DNA of 64,000 nucleotides from Oculina patagonica (Eukaryota): NCBI RefSeq assembly GCF_052425735.1, contig NC_135762.1, positions 14,198,001 to 14,262,000 of the forward strand, read 5' to 3'. Shown piece by piece: positions 23,863 to 34,349 of this stretch (position 1 is its first letter; each line of letters starts with the position of its first letter). The notes under the pieces were generated by a model. It saw only the letters and a program-made list of their open reading frames with translations, ran no database searches and was not told where the DNA came from. The position numbers and the translations under genes were made by a program.

Positions 23863-26800
23863 CTACGTTTCTGATTCACCAGTGTTCTTCTGTTTTTGCT
23901 GTTCATTTTCCTTTTCCTGCATGTTTAACTCCTCATCCAGCCGTTCCTTCGCTCTGACAACCTAAGGCCAGCACGAAAAATACGATAATCAATACTTATT
24001 TATTTGTCCCCCTTGTTTTTGGACCAGTTGCAATTAACCGATTAACCAGTTGAAAAGTTACCGGTAAGATCAAAAGGATGTATTGGAAGCTGCCAGCACA
24101 CCTCATTTATGCCACTGACGTGCTATTCAAACCCTCTTGTTTTACTTTTTAAACTCTGTACCTGATCATACTGCACAAATCTCTATTTTGTGATGGGTGC
24201 TGAAGTTCAGCCACACTTAATCACCTAATACATGTATAATTATTATGTACATGTACATACAGTCATATGATGTAAACAAAAAAGTGTTACATTTAGTTCA
24301 ATGCATTATTCATTGTTTTGTCAGGGTTCTCCTTAACATGACTGTCATTTGAAGTACAACTAGGTAGTGACATACCGTACATGTACAAGACAACAACCAT
24401 TTTATTTTGCCAGAAAAAGAAGGCAAAAGACAAAAGTTATCAAACTTAACAACAGCTTTTACAATATTTTCCCCTTCCCCATCTAAAAAACAGACAAACA
24501 AACAAAACAAAACACACACACACATTCTCAGACATCAAGCAGCTGCCATGCTTAGAATGACCAGATGCAGTAATGAACAGTATATAGTAGTTTTGACTGA
24601 TTCTTCCATGTTACATGTAAGGCCATGTGACCTTGTGTTGTGGTGAAATGTGTGTTGTTGACTGACCTTTGATTGTAGGTAGAATGATCCTCCTGCCTTC
24701 TTTTCATTGATTTTGAAGAGGTGGTCATAATTCTGACACAATCAATCAAACAAAAAATAATGAGTAAGAAAGTAGATGTCTAGCAATGATCCCCATATTG
24801 ACTTGTACAATGTAGATACTGTATCTCTATAGCAGATGTAATATAATATTACTGTGTGTTTAGAAATTTTCCATTGTACTGAAGTGTGTTTAATGTAGTT
24901 AGCTTACTCAGTTGAAAGAGTACTGTAATGTCTGTGTTTGAGCCCAGGGGTTCTTTAGACCACTGCTTATCTCTGGTTTCTGTAGCATGAAATGACTGAG
25001 GGTATGTATACTTTTAACTCTCCCCCCCCCCACCCCCCACCTCCCTGAATAAGATGTTAAGGTTAATCTCCCCCCCCCCCCCCCACTCCCCTTACCTCCT
25101 CACAAAAGAGAAAAATTACATTAATTACCAATTATACTACTGGGTAGAAAGAGGCATGAAGAGAGTAACATGTCTTGCCCAAGAACACAACACAATGATC
25201 CGGGCAAGAGTTTTAACATGGACCAGTCAATCCACAGTCCAGTGCAATAACCATTTGGCAACTGTACATCCCACAAAGAGCAAACATTAAATAGATGCAT
25301 ACCATAGGAATAGTGCTAAAAAAATAATGCCCTTTGCATGAACCAGTCACATGGTACAAAATCAGCCATGCTGGGCGGCAAAACACACAGTGGGACATTC
25401 AGAACAAAGCGACCCACACCAGTCAAGCTTCACCTTCGATTGTTTTGGATGCCACACTGTGTAACCTGCGACTGAGCATGGCTGTTTGTGTACCATGTGA
25501 CCAGGTCATGCAAACAGCCTATTAATTAATAAACGATACATTCTGTAGATACATGTAAATTGAAACTATGGCATTATTACACAAACATGTACAACGTAAC
25601 TCTTTCAATCATTTTGTGTGAATTTACCTTTTGAACCAGTTCTGGGTCTAAATCTTGAACATTAAGGATTTGCTTAGCTTCCTGTTGAAAGAATTACAAG
25701 TTAACAGGACACACAACATCATGTGGTTAACTGGTAAACTTACACTACAATGACAAATAGCAAGATTACAAATTACAAGTACTCCCTATTTTTGGCACAA
25801 AATATCATCAATTTGTACATGTACATCAAGATGTGTGTTATGGGGTTACTTTGTTTGTGTGTACTGAAACAATAGACGGAGATGTGAGAACAATTCACAC
25901 TATAAAAACGTTCAACTTGTGAGTGAGACTTCTATTTTCAAGGCCACCTAGGCTAAGTACCAGTGGAAAATAAGGAAGGAAATAACAGCGTCACATGACC
26001 TTGTCAAGCATAAAAAGGTGTAGTGCAAAATGGTTGCCAGAAATGGAAAGAGCATGAAACTCCTAAGGTTACCAGCTTTGAGGTTGCTGATGCTTTACCA
26101 TGATATTTGATAGTGGTTTGAAATGAAGTGTTTAAAATTTAGAAGATTTGTATGCTGGAGGGCAAGCCTTGCCATCTAGCAAGTTATTCCTGCATAAAAA
26201 TTCTTTAAAATTTTTAAAGCCTTTAAACCACCATAAAATCTCATGCTTAAGCATCAGCAGTCTCAAAATTGGCAACCTTACTAATTTCACCATGCTCTTC
26301 TCATTTCTGGTAATCTTAATGCACTACCCCCTATTTTTATGACTGACAGGGTCATGTGACCATGTTCTGCAAAGGTCCTACTTCCATAGCATTTTGTTAA
26401 AATGCTTTTCATTTCCCTTACTTTAAGATTTTGACAAATTCTTAGAAATTCAATGTTAAAAAATGCATGCAAAATGATTTTCTACTATGTAATTTTACTT
26501 GTCACAGTTTGATTACCATACAATACTTTAACTGTACTTAAAAACTCTATTTCTCAAACCTCCAAATTATTATTTATTGACTTGCCCCAAAGCAAAGGGG
26601 CTTTTCAAAGACAATAATCCTACCACTAACAGTAAAATCCTAAATTAAATGTGATAAAGCAATATTGTAAACCCTTATGTCACATACATGGAACTCGAGC
26701 CAAACATCATTTCCCTTGGATTCACTTTACTCAAACACTGCAATTTTACCCTCAATTTCCCTAACCCTCCTAATTCAAACTCCTACAAACGTGACCAAAT

Positions 26801-29021
26801 TCTTGGCACTGGTGGAAGAAATTGACCCTCTTTAAATCAAATCTTTAAAAATTTTAATTAGAACAACTTACACTGCAAATGTAAGTATCGAGTTCAGTTA
26901 CATGTATGTCTGCACCCTGAAGCAAACAGTTCTAGACAAGTGTATTACACAGCAAGTGACAAATTTGTCATCTATTACTGCAAAATACAGTACAGTGCTG
27001 CTATTGTGCCACTGAGAGCCTTGTATTACACTGAGCATAATCAAAAATCCCTTTTTAAAGAGATTTAGTTTTTTCGCAGATGACATGCAGGCTGAACAGC
27101 ACCAAAGCACCAGAAACATTTCTGACAGGCAAGAGCCTATCATTTGTTATCATACATACACGATTGAAGTGAGTTCTGTTCTGCTCATCTGGCCTGCAGT
27201 GTACATCTCTAAATATTGTTTTGTTTGTAAATAAAATTAAAATAGGTACATGTACATGTATGATAGTACTTCTATGATTAATTTGTGCTTTCTTGGTCAT
27301 TGTAAACAGCACTGGTAATTTTGTGTAGCTTTACCCCACCTTGAATATCTTGAGCTCTATAACTATTTTTTGATGCAGTCTACATGTAGCTTGAAGGTCC
27401 CAATAAAAAAAATTTGATCCAAGGAGTACCCCTCTCTGGTTTGACCCTAATGCGTGGTCAGCTAACTGGCCTAGCAAATGCAGGAACATCACCTCGCAAA
27501 ATCTCTTGCCTAGTTACCTTACAGTGTATAATAAAATTACAAACGAACCTGCAGACTCACTCCCATGACACTATTTGTCGCTGCTCTTTTAGCCCCTTCC
27601 TGGGCTCCTTTGGACGCTCGCTGAGTTGCTGCCCCACCTGGGGAAGATAACAAAAATGAAGTTCAATAAAGTAATAATAATAATAATAAATGTCAGTGGA
27701 TTTACCATTACTGTTCTACTAAGAGACACTGTAAATTCTATAATAAATATTGCAAATTAAACACAAACTATTAAGAATCCCAGCTGACAGGAGGCAGACC
27801 TGTTGGCTATTTACAAAGCATGACTGAGGACTCAGGACTACCAAGAACAAATCTAGTTATTGGTAGGATGAAAGATTAGTGACGGGGGCCGCCAGTTCCC
27901 TAAACCGCTCAGTCAGACACTGGCTCCATCAGAGGTGGCTTGGCTGACAGAAGAAAAAGCATGTCACAGTAGAAATACACACACTTACAAGTGTCACACT
28001 CATGTGACATAATTAATGAGGGTTTTTAAGCCTGCCGATTCAAATAATTATGTTTGCTAATAAAATGCTACTTAAGAATCAAGTGTTCTGTCTTTCATGT
28101 AGACCATTACAACCAATGGAAGCATGTGTAACTGTCAGATCTACATTAAAACCCTTATGTGTACTATGTCAGCATATGCACACATAATTTTATCAGTTTA
28201 ACTTTTAAATTTTTCTTTTCACAAAATGTATTTCAGACCGAAAATTTTCCCTAGGACAGAGCTTATTTCCGCTGATCAACTACCAACTTCTGCATGGCCG
28301 CTTATTAACTTTAATTCTTAGTTATTTTAGCAGTGAAACTCGCATTGACTGCATGCATGCATACAGTAGTACATCAATTATGCACCTATCAATGTTAAGC
28401 CCGAGGGGGTCGGGCAAGGGGTGGGGATTTTGACATTTTCTATAAAAAAATGTCAAATTCCCCACCCCCGGGACAAATTAATTGGTCAAAATCCCCATGA
28501 AAGGTGGTCAGGTGTCCTTCAAACCTTCTATAAATGACCAAAATCCCTACCCTGGGGGCATCACGTACGATCAAAATCCCCACCCTGGGGACAGCGCTCA
28601 CGATCAAAATCCCGTGGTCAGCCCGACCCCCCCCCCCCCCCTCCTCGGGCTTAACATTGATAGGTGCATTATAAACTCATGTAAGCTTAAGTTTAAATGC
28701 ATCTATTCGCTGAATTCCTTACTATCCTTGGTAATGCAAACTATTCCTGTACGAAAAGAAAACAGACGTTGTTCCCTTCTGCGACTTAAAACGCTGAAAA
28801 TGTTTAACAAAATAAGTAAATTTAACTACATCTGTATTGAGGACTGATTGCATCACTCACTTTGAAACTCTTGACGTAGCGCTTTTGCAAATGCTCGTCC
28901 GATTACTTGACCACCAAGAACTATAATTTGCGCTATAAACCTCGCCTGTAAAAGAAAGTCGCCGTCTGTTACAGCTACTAAGAAGTATTGAAAACTCCCA
29001 GAAAGCGAAAATACTCACCAT
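23863..29021 (-). CDS. PAM16: Mitochondrial import motor subunit Pam16/Tim16 (Magmas), 131 aa, 6 coding exons
   Basis: Exons (-): 29019-29021 (ATG), 28861-28945 ([28 protein letters not shown]), 27549-27637 ([30 protein letters not shown]), 25628-25681 ([18 protein letters not shown]), 24667-24732 ([22 protein letters not shown]), 23863-23961 ([32 protein letters not shown]). All are GT-AG and phase-consistent; [17 protein letters not shown] is the Pam16 signature. Confidence 0.98.
24940..25270 (-). mobile_element. Degenerate tRNA-derived SINE in a PAM16 intron
   Basis: Reverse complement of the 5592-5889 family (tgtcttgcccaagaacacaacacaatg; ttatactactgggtagaaagaggca). Confidence 0.7.
25327..25522. 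mobile_element. MITE in a PAM16 intron
   Basis: TIR tttgcatgaaccagtcacatggtac ... gtaccatgtgaccaggtcatgcaaa. Confidence 0.7.
27750..27926 (-). mobile_element. Degenerate SINE of a second family in a PAM16 intron
   Basis: Minus strand reads ggagccagtgtctgactgagcggtttagg (tRNA-like head) ... gttcttggtagtcctgag ... gctttgtaaatagccaacaggtctgcctcctgtcagctgggattcttaa. Confidence 0.5.
28381..28668. mobile_element. Young PIF/Harbinger-type MITE
   Basis: Perfect 26-bp TIR tgcacctatcaatgttaagcccgagg / cctcgggcttaacattgataggtgca; TTA target duplication on both sides; internal tcaaaatcccc repeats. Confidence 0.9.
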
Positions 29022-29299
29022 TTTCAGAAATATTGATCAAACGTACTATAAACACGTTTCTTCCGACATCTTTTTTCACCAATTTCGTTCCCAGATCCCA
29101 CGATCCCCTTGACCAGTTCCGCTGGATACGGGTTACGCGGGCTCTGGAACGAGATTCCTATCGGTTTCCAGTCCTTCTCATGTTAACGGCTGTGTCGTGT
29201 CAGACAGAAAATTTAAATAAAAGTTTGTTCACTAATTGCTTATGTAAATATTTAAGTTTTCTAAAAGCGGCCTTTTCTATGAATAAGAGCGCGAAAAAA

Positions 29300-31515
29300 G
29301 TTAAAGCAGAATTTTTTGCCATTTTTGCAGATGCCAAATATGAAAATATTTATTCCTCTCATTAGTATTTGATTAACTTATATCCGACTTATAGCTCGCT
29401 CAAGGCATTAGCAGCTAAGACTGAATACCTATTCACGATTTAGTCCTCTTTGTTGTTTGGTAGAGATTTCTTTAAACTTGTGCAAAGGCTCGTCGGTTCT
29501 AAAACACTGTTCTTTTCAAATAGAAAGTATACTATAGCTAATTAAAGAAGGTAACAAACTGCGGAAAATGACCGCCGCGCGCTGAATAAATCGTTTGTAT
29601 TCCGTTAAGGTGATTCCACTGAAATAGAAGGAGTATTAAAAATTTTCTGAAACTTGGTCCAGGTTACAATTATGTTATGAGCATTAAAAAAATGAAATAA
29701 AAAATGGGGGTCACCGCGCTAGTTTTTGTGTAAAATGGATGGGCATTTTAGTAAATATACGACCCGCGAGATATATATTAGGAACCCTAGTAATCCAAAT
29801 GGGGATCGCTATTGTTTCCAGAAAAAAATCATTTTGCATTAAAGAACTAGTCTAGTTCAACAAAAAGGACTTTTATCTTATATTAAAAACTATTCTTATT
29901 GTACAGGAATTAAGATAATGAAAGAAATTTAAGATTTTGCTTCGTGCGCACGTTAACGACACTACCTAAAAACGTGTTTTTTACGGCATTAAAATTAAAA
30001 TATCTCAATGTAGAATTTTAAACTTTTTTTTAAATCGCGATATATTGTAGACAACAGTTTGACATTTAAATTAATGCATTAAAAAATGGGGGTCACCGTG
30101 CTCGTTCAAGAGAAAACGACCATTTATTTCCCTACCGAGCTTAGCCTGAAGGGAATCTCGTAGTGTTCTGTGTGCGCGCGCGCTCGTGCGCGCGCTTAAT
30201 GACGCGAAAACTTATGCGCAGAAAGGATGCGCAATGCAATACCGCGGAATCACCTTAATTGCAATCTCTCTGCCAAGTTGCCTATCATGGGAGAGGAGGA
30301 GATTGGAAGTTGTCAATTACGGTGCAACTGAATTACCTAAACTTCTAATGAGAGGCTCCGAAACAAAACAATCCGTGTGCAAAAACCTGCGGCTAAAAGG
30401 TCTCCCAGTAGTCTTCTTTTTTTTTTGCAATTCTGCAGTTGACACATTCTTATTCTTAATCTATTCGTTAGAGCTGGCATTCGATTCTTACTAAAGCTCA
30501 CCAAGAGTAAATAAGTCCCCTTACTTTCCCTTAAGCTCCGGCACCCAAGAAACAAGCAGCTACCACGAGCATTCATAAAAGGCTCCTACGCTGAAACAAC
30601 AATACGCCTACAAAAAAACTTCTCAGCTGCGTATGCTAAAAAGTCCCCATAGACTCTCCGCGGACCGCAAAGGAAATAGTTTAAGCATATATTTTTTTCA
30701 ATTCTGCAGTAGCCAAATATTTATTCCTCTCGTTAGCAAGTAGGTTAGCATTTGATTCTTTTCGCAGCCCGCTTAAGGCATTAGCAGCGAAGGCCTATTC
30801 ACGATTCAATGCTCTAATTTGTTTAGAGATTTCTTTAGACAAGTCATTTCGAATTTCTGCAGAGGCACGTCGGCTTTAAAGCCCTGATCTAAACAGTAAT
30901 AAAAGAGGGTAACAAAGAGGGAAACTGACCGACGCTTCATAAATCATTTATATTATATCCCGTTAATTGAAATCTCTCTGTCAAGTTGCCCATTATGTTG
31001 AGAGTGGAGGAGATTGGAAGTTGTCAATTACGGTGCAACTGAATTGAACTTCTAAAAAGAGGCTCCGAAACAAAACAATCTGTGTGCAAAAACCTGCGGC
31101 TTAAAATTTTTCATAGTCTGTCACCAAACGCGAAGCCAAACATAAGCAGAATTTTTTGGCCATTCTGCCGTTGCAACATGAATAGTCTATCCGTTAGAAA
31201 TTGACATTTGATTCTTATAACAACTCAAAGAAGGCTTTTAGTAGCTACGAAAGCATACGAACATTTATTATCACTTTATTAACAGTAAGCGCCCGTTGTC
31301 CAGAACTTTCTTTAGAGATGCCATTTAAAAATAGGTTCAAAAGCTTCTGATCTTAATAATAATAAATAAGAATAACAAAGAAGGATACAGACCGTCGCTG
31401 AATAAATCATTTATACTCCTTTAATTGAAATCTCTCAGTCACGTTGCCTATCATGTCCTATTATACCGGGAGAGGAGGAGATTGGAAGTTGTCAATTATG
31501 GTGCAACTGAATTGA
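29300..31515 (+). repeat. Three diverged tandem units (~0.4-0.7 kb) between the PAM16 5' end and the peptide gene, each ending in a nearly invariant 34-bp core
   Basis: Core gattggaagttgtcaattacggtgcaactgaatt at 30301, 31012, 31480 (1 mismatch) and again at 34459 (1 mismatch). Unit bodies share 'aagca.a.tttttt...attctgc', 'agagatttcttta', 'taacaaaga.g...gaccg...ataaatc.ttt'. Confidence 0.9.
29609..30254. mobile_element. TTAA-flanked non-autonomous DNA transposon (Kolobok-like) inserted in repeat unit 1
   Basis: TTAA|ggtgattcc ... ggaatcacc|TTAA; the empty site 'ccgttaattgaaatctctc' is seen in the sister unit at ~30960. Confidence 0.9.
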
Positions 31516-31570
31516 ACTTCAAGGATTAATGGGGGATTATCTAAGGAATGCTGTGCCTTAATTAAAACAG

Positions 31571-31702
31571 TATTTAAACGATTAAACGACCAGCAAACAA
31601 GTCAGATCAACAATTCTTCAAACAGGGAGTAGCTCCAGAGAGACAGAAGATAGCCAGATAGCAGTATTGCAGTTATCTTAACATCAAGAACACTGAGTAG
31701 GT
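31571..31702 (+). promoter_or_regulatory. Putative TATA-like box and non-coding leader exon of the peptide gene
   Basis: tatttaaa at 31571; purine-rich leader ending at ga|gtaggt (31697), matching the acceptor tttgacag at 32072; paralogous copy at ~34875-34989. Confidence 0.5.
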
Positions 31703-32074
31703 CCATCTGCTTTAATATTGAGTTTGGCCGAGTGTTTATATGCTGCATCATGATTTAAGATAATCTAGTTGTTTTTAACTGACAATATAAGCATGACGAT
31801 TCTTTCTCGTGTCAAACATGTGAAGTTGTAAAATACAACTTTTTAAGCGAAAGTGTAGTGTACACAGCAAACGTTAGCTGGCAGAGCATCAGAATAAACT
31901 CCTTACGCCTTACAGAAAAAAAAAACTGATTAAAAGCCTTATTACTTAGTTTAGACTCTTCGCAAAAGGATACTTAAAGATATAGCGTTCATACAAGCAT
32001 GTTGTAAAAAACACTTTAGTCAACAACGAAATTAAGCTTTTAAAAGTAACTCTTTGTGTTTGTATTTGACAGTA

Positions 32075-32380
32075 ATGAAATTCCTTCTGGCGGTGAGTTT
32101 TCTGGCCATTTGTGTGGTTTTAGTCTCCTCGCGGTTTGCAGGCCAGCGTCCGGTGATTCGTCGAGGATACCATGATAATTCTCTCCTTCAGAATATTTTC
32201 CGCGATCCGCGCGATCGGGGAGGATTCAGCCCTCCTGAAGCTAGCCGCACCACTCAGGTACCCAACTGCAAGAAAAAAGGCGAATCCTGCTCAAGCGGCA
32301 AGGAATGCTGCATGTGCACTACAACTGGAGGATATTATTCTTGTATGATCTGTAGTTCCATGGACGATAAGTGTTTTTAA
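32075..32380 (+). CDS. Secreted cysteine-rich prepropeptide, 101 aa (signal peptide + pro-region + 8-Cys knottin/ICK-like mature peptide); toxin/defence peptide candidate
   Basis: MKFLLAVSFLAICVVLVSS-RFAGQRPVIRRGYHDNSLLQNIFRDPRDRGGFSPPEASR-TTQVPNCKKKGESCSSGKECCMCTTTGGYYSCMICSSMDDKCF*. Splice acceptor 2 nt before the ATG; AATAAA at 32530. Confidence 0.88.
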   Translation: MKFLLAVSFLAICVVLVSSRFAGQRPVIRRGYHDNSLLQNIFRDPRDRGGFSPPEASRTTQVPNCKKKGESCSSGKECCMCTTTGGYYSCMICSSMDDKCF

Positions 32381-33486
32381 GTTTCTTTGCGAAACCATGA
32401 AATCGTAACTGGCGTTTGTAATGTACTCACTGCATATATCACTTCGATCACTTTCTGTCAAGCGACTGAGTAAACTGACACTGTAGATGGAACGATACTG
32501 GGAGTGGCTTGAACCGTGTGTATGAAAACAATAAAATAGTCTTGATTGTTAATTTTGCTGTTCTGTTTTCTGTTCTTCATTTCCAAACGGTGACAAAAAA
32601 ATGATCATCGCTTTTTTTAGTTTTTTCCCTCTTTAAAATACTATCCAGTTGGCATAAGCGTGTCAAAACGAATAAGTCGAACAATCCTGAGAGTTTTAAA
32701 TGGTATGAGATCTGCATAACGATGTTAATTATATGTGCACATCAAAACTGCCTTTCTAAATTGCTCGATCTTCATTGGGATCAATTTTTCGTCACATGCC
32801 AATGACGAATTTGGTCATCGAAAAAGAAAGTTTAAAATGTTAATCGAACCAGGCCCCGGGCTTCCTTTTCATATGTGGATCTTTTAGCAGTGCGGCGTAG
32901 CAAAGGTGTAGTAAATAAATACCAGAAATAAAACGACCCACCCTAATTATTGTATTCGTCTGTGATCATAATTCGTCTAGATACATAATAATTTGTTGCC
33001 TCCTCATCTGTTAAGCTCTTATCGTGCATTAATTCAGACCTCGGTGGCAAAGAAATCATCAGAGAAATGAAAAGGTACTCTCTATGGACAATTTTCAATG
33101 TCACGGAGTAGATAACTTGGGTGTCTTGAATTTATTATCAGTGAGCCGAGTTTAGAATTGCGCTCTATAACTGAGACTTATTGTTCGTGGTCACTACAAA
33201 AGATAAATAGACTACATTACAAAAGATCAATATAGTTATTTAAATTGCTATTGAAATTGTACTCGAGTTAACCGGACACTCAGCTTGTAGATTGCTTGCT
33301 AATCATTTACTCTCTTGCAAAAGTCTGGCTAGTCCTTCATTACATACTTTGCACACTAATTATCTTCGACGATAATCCCACAGACTCGAAGCCATTAGTT
33401 CATACACGCAGCCAATGTCTTTAAATGCGAGTAGTCCTCATAATCTATTATGCAACGCATAGCTAATAACTTTTAAAAGTGGATAT

Positions 33487-33771
33487 TTAACAATTATTCC
33501 ACGAGCGCGCGTTGGATATGAGATAGTAGAAAAAGCCAACGAGGCGCGTAGCGCCTAGTTTGCTATCTACTATCTCATATCCAACAAACGCTAGTAGAAA
33601 AATTGTTTTATTAAAAACACACAAAGAATTGCAATATTTGAGCTCCCCGGCTGTTCTCGCTGACGCGTACACCTACCTTATTTGCGGTCCATGGTATACA
33701 GGCTCATATACCATTGCCAGTAAACCAATCGAAACTCAGGAATGGGAATATACCATGGCTAGTTTTTAATA
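33487..33771 (+). mobile_element. Non-autonomous Crypton-like element (ttaacaattattc... type) with internal hairpin
   Basis: Starts ttaacaattattccacgagcgcgcgttggatatgagatagtag, with its internal complement ctactatctcatatccaac; ends ...tttttaataa; no TSD seen. Family assignment is from memory. Confidence 0.5.
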
Positions 33772-34092
33772 AATATATATTTTGGCGCATTTGCTTTACC
33801 TTATTCAGCTTATTGTTTTACAGTTGACCAAAGCCACAACAAAGAAGCCATTAACTAACAGCTACCAATGTATGTGTATTCTATTCACGTAGAGTGCTTT
33901 TTATGGGTTCCTTTAGATAGAACATCTCAAAGGATTGTTGTCGTCGCCTGTGACAGAATGAACATTATAGTGGTTGCACAAACCAGGATCTAAGCTTACC
34001 AATGCTGTCCACCCAGAGTCCCATTCGGTCTAATCTTTCATGGTTTATGCTTTTTACGAGGTCGCGGTTTCTTCAATTTGGTGCATATAGCC

Positions 34093-34337
34093 CTGGGCCC
34101 GGTTGTTCAAAGCACGATTAAGCTAATCCAGGATTAGCGTGAAATTTGATTTCAATTTTATATAATTTCGTTGAGGTTTTCTGTTAATATTTTCTGTCCC
34201 TCAGTTTTGACATGGACCAATCTCAAACTTAATAAAATATTAGCTTTGGGAAACCCTTTAAAACAAGAGAAATTAAATTCTTGACCTTTTTTTAATCCTG
34301 GGTTAGCGTTAATCGTCTTTCGAACAACCCGGCCCAG
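34093..34337. mobile_element. MITE
   Basis: TIR ctgggcccggttgttcaaag ... ctttcgaacaacccggcccag. Confidence 0.8.
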
Positions 34338-34349
34338 ATTTTTTAAATA

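Noticed and set aside
32075-32380. Assignment to coral SCRiP family
   Set aside because: SCRiPs have a terminal CC and a different spacing; here CC is at cysteines 3-4.
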